Of a stretch of 55,852 bases of DNA, positions 41,483-50,143 are shown one piece after another (position 1 is the first letter of the stretch; each line of letters opens with the position of its first letter). The stretch lies in the IMG/VR virus record IMGVR_UViG_3300043470_001272. One strand, written 5' to 3'. The stretch is from an uncultured virus (IMG/VR IMGVR_UViG_3300043470_001272) (Duplodnaviria; Heunggongvirae; Uroviricota; Caudoviricetes). The position numbers and the translations under genes were made by a program. The notes below the pieces were generated by a model. That model was not told the origin of the DNA. It worked only from the letters and a program-made list of their open reading frames with translations, and searched no databases.

Positions 41483-42138
41483 TATGAATTATAAGTAATT
41501 ATTAAAGAAGCTCCTACTGCTGTAGTATCCCAAGCAAATTTATTAGCTGCATAAGACCAGTCTAATCCTCCAGCATCTAAATTAATAGTAGTTCCTATAG
41601 GTAGTGATATATAGTTAACTCCACCATCTACAGATACTAAGGCTGCTGTTGTTCCATTACTAGCAAAAGAAATAGAATATACAGTTGTAGCAATACTACC
41701 TGTAGCAGCACTTGACAATATTAAATTAGGAGTTACTGTTTTTGTAAACTGAGCAGCTGCTATAGATACTGTACCATCTACTGTAATAGAATTTCCACCA
41801 TCTTGAATAGCAACTTGTCCTGCAGCATTTACATTCAAAGGAACTGGAGAACCAGATGCACCATTAATATAACCATAAATACCTACCTGATCATTAGTGG
41901 CATCAAGGTTAACTTCTAAGGTTACACCACCAATAATATTTACATCTAAGCCAGTATCTGCACCAATAGTTGTACTTGTTAATAAATCACCATCTGCACA
42001 AATAGATACCGAATCTTCTGCACAAGTTAATGGTTGAGATACTTCATCATGAATTGCCTGAAGTCCTTGTAACATTTTTAACTGCCAAGGGAAATTATTA
42101 CCTTGGTTTCCTGAGTCTTTTAAATTTCCTATTGACAT
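41482..42138 (-). CDS. Structural protein
   Basis: MSIGNLKDSGNQGNNFPWQLKML...DGGNSITVDG. Confidence 0.55.
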   Translation of the reverse strand: MSIGNLKDSGNQGNNFPWQLKMLQGLQAIHDEVSQPLTCAEDSVSICADGDLLTSTTIGADTGLDVNIIGGVTLEVNLDATNDQVGIYGYINGASGSPVPLNVNAAGQVAIQDGGNSITVDGTVSIAAAQFTKTVTPNLILSSAATGSIATTVYSISFASNGTTAALVSVDGGVNYISLPIGTTINLDAGGLDWSYAANKFAWDTTAVGASLIITYNS

Positions 42139-42156
42139 AATTTTTATTTTTTAATA

Positions 42157-42996
42157 TTATCCAATTAACCAATTAACACCATCTGAAAATACAGGTACTA
42201 TATTAGTACCGCCACCTACAGCCTGAACACCAAAGTTTCCTGATGCGAATGCAGTAGAATCAGCAATCATAGCTCTTGCTCCAGGTACTCCAGTTGGGTT
42301 TGGTAATGTAGCTAAAGTTACAGCAGGAAATAGAATTGTTGCATTTCTTGTAGAGAATTCCCATGTAAAGTTGCCACTGATAATAACATCACCAAATATA
42401 CCATCTACACTATTACCTGAAATAAGACTAATATCTCCTCCTGGTAAACCAGTTGCTGTAGTATAACCACCTCGAATAGTTACAAAACCACCTTCTCCTT
42501 GATTACCTGATACACTATTACCAGCATCACCTGCTTCAATTGTAACATCTCCACCAGAACCAGCATCATTTGCATTAGCATCAGAACCATCTCCAGCATA
42601 GATATTTATATCACCACCTTCAGCTTCAGCGTCAAAAGTACCTTTATCACCTCTTAGTGTAATATCATCACCTGATTCAATAAAGATGTCATCCCCACCT
42701 AAAGAGCTAATAAATAGATCTGCTCCTAAACCTGTGGTTTGAATTGTTACATCACCTGGACTAAATGTTAGCTCAGCATCACCTCCATTATCTGTTAGTA
42801 CAACTTCTGATGTACCGGCAACTAATCTATCACTAGCTAATTGTGTTGCCAAGTCTGACTTCTTGATAGCTACTGTAGTATACTTGTCATCTCTAGTTTC
42901 TGTTCTAATTCCTACCGGAACTAATGCATCATCTGGTACAGATGTTACTACTCGTCTTTTACTAGCTATCCAGCTTATGAAATTTAAAATATCCAT
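42157..42996 (-). CDS. Fibre paralog 3 (Gly-rich beta-helix-like repeats)
   Basis: Shared MDILNFISWI...RDDxY N-terminus; GGDxxIxAGD repeats. Confidence 0.65.
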   Translation of the reverse strand: MDILNFISWIASKRRVVTSVPDDALVPVGIRTETRDDKYTTVAIKKSDLATQLASDRLVAGTSEVVLTDNGGDAELTFSPGDVTIQTTGLGADLFISSLGGDDIFIESGDDITLRGDKGTFDAEAEGGDINIYAGDGSDANANDAGSGGDVTIEAGDAGNSVSGNQGEGGFVTIRGGYTTATGLPGGDISLISGNSVDGIFGDVIISGNFTWEFSTRNATILFPAVTLATLPNPTGVPGARAMIADSTAFASGNFGVQAVGGGTNIVPVFSDGVNWLIG

Positions 42997-43004
42997 TGTG
43001 TTTA

Positions 43005-43556
43005 TTAATTAATTGTGTATAGTTCATAGTAAACATACAAATCACCATCCCAGTTATTAGCACCGGCTAATGTAGGGTTAGCATTATAAAGATTAAACTC
43101 TAATCCAGTTGCAATACCAGTAGAAATTAAATATGGAACAGTATTATCAGTTGCAACATTTTTATAATATAATGAGTATTGTACATATATATTATCTCTG
43201 TTAGCTACAGTAAGATCTAGATCTGGATTATCAATACGAAAAGATACTGCAGTAGCAAAAGATGGAGTAGGAGTTAAAGGAGCAGATGATCCCATACCTA
43301 GAATATCAATAATACCACGGGTAGTGTTTACTGTTACAACATCAGTAACTGCTCTATCTAACTCATAGTGTTTAGTATTAGCTTTACAACCTGATTGTAT
43401 AGCATCTTTAAGAGTCATAGCATAATCTTGATATCCATCATCTCTTGTAGTAAATGGTACCTCAGCACCTAATACTATTAAGTCTGTGTCAGCATTATTA
43501 GCTTCTCTTCTAATAAGTTGCTGTTTCTTTAAGTATATCCAGTTAATTATATTCAT
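43005..43556 (-). CDS. Fibre paralog 2
   Basis: MNIINWIYLK...RDDGYQDYAMTLKD. Confidence 0.65.
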   Translation of the reverse strand: MNIINWIYLKKQQLIRREANNADTDLIVLGAEVPFTTRDDGYQDYAMTLKDAIQSGCKANTKHYELDRAVTDVVTVNTTRGIIDILGMGSSAPLTPTPSFATAVSFRIDNPDLDLTVANRDNIYVQYSLYYKNVATDNTVPYLISTGIATGLEFNLYNANPTLAGANNWDGDLYVYYELYTIN

Positions 43557-43568
43557 CTCTATTTATTT

Positions 43569-44588
43569 TTAAACAGGTGTTACTTGTAATAATCCACCAT
43601 TTGCTACATGAATTTTATATCTTGTTCCATCAGGTGATGCAACAATTATACCTTTTCCTGGTTGTTCAATTTCAATACCTTCAAACCCTGTTCTGTTAAC
43701 AATAAATGCTGCATCTACATTAGCTGCAAAAGTAGGACCTACAGTTACTTGACCGTCACCTTGAATAATAAGTCTGTCTCCACCACCTACACTAAATCCT
43801 GTTGCAAATTTTATTGCATGATCTAAGTTTTGTATAAAATAAAATGAGTTATCCATTATAGGATTTCCTGGAACTGGTGGATTAAGCCCCCATTGTAAAG
43901 TTGCTGTATTAGTTTGAAAAATATTACCAATACCAAATCCTATATTAGTTTGACCTATATTAATACCACCACCATTTGTAAGAACATCCAAAGAATAAAA
44001 ACCAAAATTTGCTCCACCAATAGCTACTCTTGAAGCTGAAGTAGCTGAGCCATTAGCTCTTAGACCACTATTAGGTGTCCATTGAGAAGTTGATGATTTC
44101 CAATAAGTAGTTTGACCATTAAGTGTTCCAGGTACACCTGATCCTGATGGTCCTGCTGGACCTTGAATACCTTGTGGTCCTTGAGGTCCAATAGCACCCT
44201 GTGAAGCTAATAAAGCCCAGTTAGTTGGATCTGCATTTGGAGTAGTTACAGACGGTCCTACTGGATCAATACAAAACCAAGATGCTCCTGCGTATCCAAC
44301 AGCATCATCTACTACATATGCAGTTGATGCAGACCAGGTACCTTGCCAGTTTAGTCCAGCTGGTCCTACAGGCCCTGGAACTCCTTGAGGTCCCGTAGGT
44401 CCTTGTGCACCTGATGGAATTACTGAAGCTACTTGTGTTGTAAAGTCTTGTACTGTGATAGCACCAGTTAAGTAATCATCATCTCTTCTACCGTCTTTAA
44501 GAGCAACAGGTAATAATGTTCTAGCAGGGTCAACTGAATTGATTTGTCTTTTTCCTTTAATCCAGGAAATGAAATTTAATATATCCAT
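43569..44588 (-). CDS. Fibre paralog 1 with collagen-like Gly-X-Y repeats
   Basis: GAQGPTGPQGVPGPVGPAG and GAIGPQGPQGIQGPAGPSG flanking a WQGTW...YVVDDAV module; C-terminal SPDGTRYKI. Confidence 0.75.
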   Translation of the reverse strand: MDILNFISWIKGKRQINSVDPARTLLPVALKDGRRDDDYLTGAITVQDFTTQVASVIPSGAQGPTGPQGVPGPVGPAGLNWQGTWSASTAYVVDDAVGYAGASWFCIDPVGPSVTTPNADPTNWALLASQGAIGPQGPQGIQGPAGPSGSGVPGTLNGQTTYWKSSTSQWTPNSGLRANGSATSASRVAIGGANFGFYSLDVLTNGGGINIGQTNIGFGIGNIFQTNTATLQWGLNPPVPGNPIMDNSFYFIQNLDHAIKFATGFSVGGGDRLIIQGDGQVTVGPTFAANVDAAFIVNRTGFEGIEIEQPGKGIIVASPDGTRYKIHVANGGLLQVTPV

Positions 44589-44641
44589 GATTGTTTTGTT
44601 TTAATACATATTATAATATAATATACAAAAAATAATTGAAT

Positions 44642-44672
44642 AAAAAAAATCCTTAGCTAAAAAACTAAGGAT
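44642..44672 (-). terminator. Intrinsic terminator
   Basis: ATCCTTAG/CTAAGGAT stem plus T8. Confidence 0.75.
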
Positions 44673-44697
44673 CTTTTATATGGAGAGAAACAGGGTA

Positions 44698-44892
44698 CTA
44701 TAATAAAGTGCCTAAATAAAAAGCTACAGCTAACATAATAACAAGTAATAAATTAGCATATTGTCTACCTACAGGATCATCTTGCCATACATTAGACATC
44801 TTATTATATATAGGTTTAGTTAATGTATTATGCAATAAAAAACTAAATCCTATAATAATAGTTCCAATAAAAGCAGCTATAAAATGTATCAT
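44698..44892 (-). CDS. Small two-TM membrane protein
   Basis: Two hydrophobic helices. Confidence 0.6.
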   Translation of the reverse strand: MIHFIAAFIGTIIIGFSFLLHNTLTKPIYNKMSNVWQDDPVGRQYANLLLVIMLAVAFYLGTLL

Positions 44893-45164
44893 AGTGTATC
44901 AATTCTTTTTTGTAAATATACTAAAGCTTTTTGTAAATCTTCTTTTTTAGTAAATTTATTTTTCTTTCCTGCCCTAGCAACATATTTGATAACATTACCA
45001 AGATAAAAGTCTTTATCTAAACCCCAAGCTTCTAATACTTTAAATACTTCATAGAAATTATCAGCACCTCCATAATGGTTTGGTCTTAATACATGTAATT
45101 CTTGTGCGGTAGGACAAACAGCTTTAACAATACTTGTATCCTTACCAAATACTTTATCTTCCAA
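44889..45164 (-). CDS. DUF3310 (SaV-like) protein
   Basis: RPNHY...FYLGNVIKYVARAGKK...EDLQKALVYL; only a TTG start is available. Confidence 0.8.
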   Translation of the reverse strand: MEDKVFGKDTSIVKAVCPTAQELHVLRPNHYGGADNFYEVFKVLEAWGLDKDFYLGNVIKYVARAGKKNKFTKKEDLQKALVYLQKRIDTL

Positions 45165-45167
45165 AGC

Positions 45168-45461
45168 TTACCAGATTATAATTACATCTCCTTCATTAAG
45201 AACTAACTTAGTCTGACCATCAATGTCAATACGTTCTACAACTTCTAAGTTAAGAGAAGCAGTACGTACATATACTTGGTCTCCAACAGATACTTCTTCT
45301 ACTTTATCACCAACTGCATACACAGTAAGTTTATTCCACATCTTTACAGCTTCAGCCATTAATGCTTCTTCATCTTTTGAGCTTAACTCAATAACTGATT
45401 TTTTTCTTTCAGGAATGCTCAACAAAATTGTTCTTCCTCTTAATTTTTTAAACGGTACCAT
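45168..45461 (-). CDS. groES: GroES-like co-chaperonin
   Basis: LRGRTILL...VYAVGDKVEEVSVGDQVYV...LVLNEGDVIII. Confidence 0.8.
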   Translation of the reverse strand: MVPFKKLRGRTILLSIPERKKSVIELSSKDEEALMAEAVKMWNKLTVYAVGDKVEEVSVGDQVYVRTASLNLEVVERIDIDGQTKLVLNEGDVIIIW

Positions 45462-45739
45462 TAGTTGTTTTTTAATGTGATTACTTTTACTACTGCCATC
45501 TGAGCATTAACTAGTTCTCCTAGTGCATGATCAAATAACAAGCTTTTTAAAGGCCCTCTTTCTGCCTCATAGTTTGATTTTAAAATCTCAGCCATTTGTG
45601 CAGCTAATAACTTTACTTTAGTTACCTCAGAGTCATCTAAGTTATCAGGATCTAATCCTACTAACTGATGTCCAAAAGGAATAATTTTATGCTCAACAAT
45701 TTCTGGAGCTACTGGGTACACTGGTTTATCTTCACTCAT
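45461..45739 (-). CDS. Acb2/Tad1-like helical hairpin protein
   Basis: FGHQLVGL...VTKVKLLAAQMAE...ALGELVNAQMAVVKVIT. Confidence 0.55.
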   Translation of the reverse strand: MSEDKPVYPVAPEIVEHKIIPFGHQLVGLDPDNLDDSEVTKVKLLAAQMAEILKSNYEAERGPLKSLLFDHALGELVNAQMAVVKVITLKNN

Positions 45740-45996
45740 ATTTCTTTATTATATGTTTCTAAAAATATATCTTCTTTGCATGGGTAGAACTCACCCTTGA
45801 TTCCTTTAATAATATAATCTCCTACGGTAGCAGTCATTAATCCTTCTAAGGTCTGTATCTTTAACTCAGGTTCCAACTTAGCATTAGAGTAACTAACATA
45901 TCCATCAGTACAGAAATTTAAAATCTCAGTTCTATTTTTTCCAGTCCATTGAATAGCATCAATAGTAACTGGCTTCTTAGTATACCTAGGCATCAT
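45736..45996 (-). CDS. Conserved phage protein (PGDYG-like family)
   Basis: KKPVTIDAIQWTG...TLEG...GDYIIKGIKGEFYPCKEDIF; start taken at MMPRY. Confidence 0.75.
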   Translation of the reverse strand: MMPRYTKKPVTIDAIQWTGKNRTEILNFCTDGYVSYSNAKLEPELKIQTLEGLMTATVGDYIIKGIKGEFYPCKEDIFLETYNKEI

Positions 45997-46288
45997 ATTT
46001 AGTTTTAGTTGTGTTACTCTTTTTAACTTCAGTAGGAAGAGCTTCATCTAAAAGACTCAACTTAATCTTTTCTAATAAACCTACTATGGCAAGATTACCA
46101 TAAGCTTCTTCTCCTATTCTAACCTCAATACCCTCTTCGGTATTTGAGATACTAATCAACATTTTATTTTCCATATCAATTAATTTACATATTTCATCAT
46201 AGAGTTTCCTAGCATGGATATTATCCATACCTTTTTCCCTAACTATATCAGTCAGCTTTTCCCACAACATTTTTTGTTGCTGAGTCAT
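45986..46288 (-). CDS. Hypothetical protein
   Basis: Follows the TAnnTTTG box at 46338. Confidence 0.6.
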   Translation of the reverse strand: MTQQQKMLWEKLTDIVREKGMDNIHARKLYDEICKLIDMENKMLISISNTEEGIEVRIGEEAYGNLAIVGLLEKIKLSLLDEALPTEVKKSNTTKTKYDA

Positions 46289-46425
46289 AGGACAATAAAT
46301 TTTTGGGTTGTGTTACTCTCATTGTTTGTTGGTAGAACAAATATAAAAATAATTTTAAAATAAAACCCCAGCAAAAAATAAATTCTTACCAGGGCTTTAT
46401 GGAGAGAGATGTACAAATGTAATTA

Positions 46426-46623
46426 TTATTTTACATTTCTGCCAAATGTAATATTATTTTTTGCTTTTATATCCTTGTGAGTAAACTGCCAGAATTCACC
46501 AGTAGCATTTATAATAACAGTATACATAGTATCTGTCTCATGACCATACTCAGTAACTAACCAAATAATACCGGATCCTTTGGGAGTTTCAACTTCTATT
46601 CTATTATGTGGTTCATATACCAT
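46426..46623 (-). CDS. Conserved small phage protein
   Basis: VETPKGSG...EYGHETD...TGEFWQF...NNITFGR. Confidence 0.7.
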   Translation of the reverse strand: MVYEPHNRIEVETPKGSGIIWLVTEYGHETDTMYTVIINATGEFWQFTHKDIKAKNNITFGRNVK

Positions 46624-47287
46624 AACCAGTAATATTTATATTTTCATCTCTTACAACCAAACTCTTATACAACTCTATATCAGTAGACCATTCTTTACCT
46701 GTCCAGAATTCAAACCCGGAATAGTTACTCTTATACTCACAACACTTCTCATATCCCCCTAATAGATACACATACTCACAATTTAATAACTTAGCTGTTT
46801 CACATTCTATCATCTGAGCTATAGTACCTAAAGAAAGTTTTGGCTCTTCATAATCCCATATAAACTCATATGCTACAAATCCTGTATCAAACTGTTTATA
46901 TAAAGTAATACCTATAAGTTTATCAGTATGATATTCTATAACACTACAATCTTTAAACAAATCAAAATTAATATCTCTACTGAAGCTATGATAACTACAA
47001 TACTTATTATACAATTCTATATAGGCTTCTTTTTCTGCTAAAACATTTCCTGCTTGAACAACAATTTTTTTAGAAAGCTTACGGGTAGTTTTACTAGGCT
47101 TATAAATACTCAAATCTATTCTAGTACTTCTTGTATTATACCATTTATCTCCCCAGGGTGTCCACCCTTCTCTCAATACTTTATCCTCCAACTCTCCTTC
47201 TTCTAAAATACCATATGGATCCGAGAATATAAAATCATAATGTTTTATCTTACCAAACCCTTCAATATGATCAAAGTATACTTTCAT
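46613..47287 (-). CDS. ATE1/Bpt-like aminoacyl-tRNA-protein transferase
   Basis: GW...STRIDL..YKPSKTTRK, ELYNKYC, WDY..PKLSLGT....EC..AK....YVYL.G.Y..CC.YK..Y...E match the ATE_N/ATE_C pattern. Confidence 0.8.
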   Translation of the reverse strand: MKVYFDHIEGFGKIKHYDFIFSDPYGILEEGELEDKVLREGWTPWGDKWYNTRSTRIDLSIYKPSKTTRKLSKKIVVQAGNVLAEKEAYIELYNKYCSYHSFSRDINFDLFKDCSVIEYHTDKLIGITLYKQFDTGFVAYEFIWDYEEPKLSLGTIAQMIECETAKLLNCEYVYLLGGYEKCCEYKSNYSGFEFWTGKEWSTDIELYKSLVVRDENINITGYGI

Positions 47288-47301
47288 AAATCAAAGATAT
47301 A

Positions 47302-47330
47302 AAAAAACCCCGGACATAGATCCAGGGCTT
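47302..47330 (-). terminator. Intrinsic terminator
   Basis: GCCCTGGA-TCTATG-TCCGGGGT plus T tract on the minus strand. Confidence 0.7.
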
Positions 47331-47617
47331 CTTGACAGAAATGAACAGAAATTAACATCACAAATATACAACTCTTTTAATAACAAAATTTTTTTCCATA
47401 TAAATTTTTTTGGTATTGGAAAGTAGTTTATGTATTGGAAGGTAGTGGCTCCTTAATAAAAAACCCCCCGGCTATTCTAGCCAAGGTGGTACCCCCCATA
47501 CTTTTTAAACAACATTACTGATACATTAGAAAAAATTACTGTTTTAAATTACTGGTAGAAAGTATTAGTAATCTATTGGTTGTTTCTACATAAATGTTCT
47601 TATCTAAAACTAATCTT

Positions 47618-47788
47618 ATGTATAAAGTTATCTTCAAAGTGATTAATGTTACTGACTCAGAAACATTATTAAAGATGCAACAAACTATTAACTTGTGGAT
47701 TACACAAGGTAAGTTGAAAAAGTATAAGACATCCGTTGCGGGTGAGAATATACTCTTTGAGTTGTGTGTAAAGAAAGAAGCTGTGTAA
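47618..47788 (+). CDS. Early cassette gene 1
   Basis: Start MYKVIF after motif and leader; stop inside AGCTGTG-TAA-TACAGCT hairpin. Confidence 0.75.
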   Translation: MYKVIFKVINVTDSETLLKMQQTINLWITQGKLKKYKTSVAGENILFELCVKKEAV

Positions 47789-47848
47789 TACAGCTTTTTT
47801 TTATACATAGGTTGTGTAACATAAATATACTGATAGAAAACTTATGCT

Positions 47849-48013
47849 ATGGAAGAATTTATTGTAGATTTTTATGAAAAAAATATACTTACTCCTATTA
47901 GTATTGTATCTGAAATAACAGGAATAAGTATTAAAGAGTTAAGAACTCTTGATACTTATGTATGTATTGAAGAAGATGAGCTTATATGTTGTAGTGAGTT
48001 TGAAGGGGAGTAA
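47849..48013 (+). CDS. Early cassette gene 2, 54 aa, acidic (not in the ORF track)
   Basis: MEEFIVDFYEKNILTPISIV...CCSEFEGE*, between motif and terminator. Confidence 0.75.
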   Translation: MEEFIVDFYEKNILTPISIVSEITGISIKELRTLDTYVCIEEDELICCSEFEGE

Positions 48014-48080
48014 TCCCCTTTTTTATTTAACATAGGTTGTTAAGCATAAACATACTAAGTAAAATTTAAAACTATATATT

Positions 48081-48299
48081 ATGAACATTTTTAAAGGATT
48101 ACAAGAGTTTGTGTCTAATGGACATATTAGCATTAGAAAAGATGCTATAATTTCTTTTATTTCTAATAAAGGGGATAAACAAAAAACCATCGGCTGGGCT
48201 TTAGAGCAAGCTGATAAATATAAAGATTGGGAAGAACATAATCCCAATGAATATATTTATAATGAATATATGATTATTATTAAAGAATTAGAGGATTAA
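48081..48299 (+). CDS. Early cassette gene 3
   Basis: Motif, leader and terminator. Confidence 0.8.
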   Translation: MNIFKGLQEFVSNGHISIRKDAIISFISNKGDKQKTIGWALEQADKYKDWEEHNPNEYIYNEYMIIIKELED

Positions 48300-48367
48300 C
48301 ATCCTCTTTTTTTATTAGTACAGGTTGTATAGCATAAATATACTGATAGAAATTTAAACTAAATATT

Positions 48368-48622
48368 ATGAAAGAAAAATCAATGATTATTGTATTAGCT
48401 GTAACTATGTTGTTTGCAGGATTTGTTACAGGTTTTGTAACTTGTATGAAGAATCATAATCCTGTTAAACACAGTTACAAAGATGTGGGTGGCAATATAA
48501 ATATAGAATACTATCTTGAAGTAAGTGAAGATAGTATTTGGGTTGAAGGAGTTGATTCCAAGAAAGTATACAGTGGAAAATACTCTGACCTAGACTCACT
48601 GATAGCACAAGACAACCATTAA
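48368..48622 (+). CDS. Early cassette gene 4, N-terminal TM/signal peptide
   Basis: Hydrophobic N-terminus; motif, leader and terminator. Confidence 0.8.
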   Translation: MKEKSMIIVLAVTMLFAGFVTGFVTCMKNHNPVKHSYKDVGGNINIEYYLEVSEDSIWVEGVDSKKVYSGKYSDLDSLIAQDNH

Positions 48623-48708
48623 TGGTTGTTTTGTTTTTGTTATAGGTTGAATGGCTTTGCCATTTGCATTTACATAAACATACTGAATGAAATTTAAAAC
48701 TATATAAT

Positions 48709-48939
48709 ATGGAAGCAAGAATAATATTTAAAATTCAAGATTATATCAGTAGACAGCTTGATATGATCAATAGTTATGCTCTTAATAACAAAGGAGGTTT
48801 AACTGAAGTAGAGGCTATTAGTGCTATTGCAGGTAGAAATACTCTTATTCAATTAAGAGACTATTTAAAAGAAGAATTTCCAATAAGCTTTGAACAAAGT
48901 ATGGATTATTTACTTGAAGAGTTAGAGACAGGGGAGTAA
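48709..48939 (+). CDS. Early cassette gene 5
   Basis: Hairpin-containing motif variant upstream; ends GE* in terminator. Confidence 0.8.
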   Translation: MEARIIFKIQDYISRQLDMINSYALNNKGGLTEVEAISAIAGRNTLIQLRDYLKEEFPISFEQSMDYLLEELETGE

Positions 48940-49003
48940 TCCCCTTTTATTTAGCATTGGTTGTATAACATAAACATACTATTATTAATTAAAACTATAT
49001 ATT

Positions 49004-49261
49004 ATGGAAACAATTAGAGTTGCCTTAGAGGAGGCAGTAAATAACACATTCCCAATGAGAACTCTTAAAAGAGGAAACTTTGGTGTTGCAGGAAACTTCT
49101 ATGTTAATGAAAAGAAATATGCTTTTTATGGAACATTTAATGAAGAAGAAGTTACTTGCAGATGTATGGAAAAAGACAATTATGCTAACCATTGGTTTAA
49201 AATGGAAAGAAATTGGGTTGATGATAAACCTGTTATTACCATTGGTGAGTGTATTGGATAA
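49004..49261 (+). CDS. Early cassette gene 6
   Basis: Motif, leader and terminator. Confidence 0.8.
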   Translation: METIRVALEEAVNNTFPMRTLKRGNFGVAGNFYVNEKKYAFYGTFNEEEVTCRCMEKDNYANHWFKMERNWVDDKPVITIGECIG

Positions 49262-49335
49262 GGGGAGTAATCCCCTTTTCTTTAACATAGGTTGATAAGC
49301 ATAAATGTACTGAATGAAATTTAAAACTATATATT

Positions 49336-49563
49336 ATGGAATCAGAGTTAGATCAAATTCAATTAGTTGAGTTAAGTATTGAGAATACTAAAGCTAAGAG
49401 TGTTTATGGGGATATAGTAGAAGTTGATGCTGAACCTGCAAAAAAACTTATCTATATGCATACAAAATTCTTTAACCAAATTGGGGAAAGAGGTAGTATT
49501 GTAGGTAGATTAGTAACTATAGAAGGTAAAGGAACATTCTTTGAAGGCTTTAGTGTTGATTGA
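49336..49563 (+). CDS. Early cassette gene 7
   Basis: Motif, leader and terminator. Confidence 0.8.
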   Translation: MESELDQIQLVELSIENTKAKSVYGDIVEVDAEPAKKLIYMHTKFFNQIGERGSIVGRLVTIEGKGTFFEGFSVD

Positions 49564-49643
49564 TAATAGGGGAGTAATCCCCTTTTTTTTTTACCACAGG
49601 TTGTATAACATAAATAAACTATTATTAATTAAAACTATATATT

Positions 49644-49943
49644 ATGAAAATAGAAATCTTTGAAGTTGATTACTCTAACTTAGGATTAAGCAACAATTGT
49701 GTAACCTTTAACTCTACAAGAGACACACAAACAATCTTAGCAACTCATTCCTATAGTATCTCAGGTATTTGTATACTTACTTTAAATAGTGGTGCTGCTA
49801 ATACTTACAAGTTTAGTTTCTCTTGTATAGGAGATGACGGAACTATTGATACTATATCTAAACAATTTGTCTTAGATAAAGAAGTTGTTAAGAGTTGCAT
49901 TGTTAATTATGCTGTTGAGCTGATAAAAAATAAGGGGATTTAA
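49644..49943 (+). CDS. Early cassette gene 8
   Basis: Motif, leader and terminator. Confidence 0.8.
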   Translation: MKIEIFEVDYSNLGLSNNCVTFNSTRDTQTILATHSYSISGICILTLNSGAANTYKFSFSCIGDDGTIDTISKQFVLDKEVVKSCIVNYAVELIKNKGI

Positions 49944-49981
49944 TTCCCCTTTTTAAATTGTAATTATTTAAACTATATATT

Positions 49982-50143
49982 ATGTCAGTATTTGTTGTAA
50001 CTATCGGAGGTTTTCCTAATATCTACCATAAGATAGAAATTAAAGATCATCGTCTTTATGGAGATGATAAACTCATTTGTGATGCTATGTATGTAACTAA
50101 AATAATAGTTACTACATCAGATAAAATAAATGAATTAGGGTAA
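49982..50143 (+). CDS. Early cassette gene 9, 53 aa (not in the ORF track)
   Basis: MSVFVVTIGGFPNIYHK...NELG*; conserved leader and terminator but no upstream motif. Confidence 0.7.
   Translation: MSVFVVTIGGFPNIYHKIEIKDHRLYGDDKLICDAMYVTKIIVTTSDKINELG

Noticed and set aside
3481..45480. Plus-strand ORFs from the track inside the minus-strand block (e.g. 3481, 4018, 21645, 34566, 40971, 45223)
   Set aside because: Antisense shadows of well-supported genes, with atypical composition
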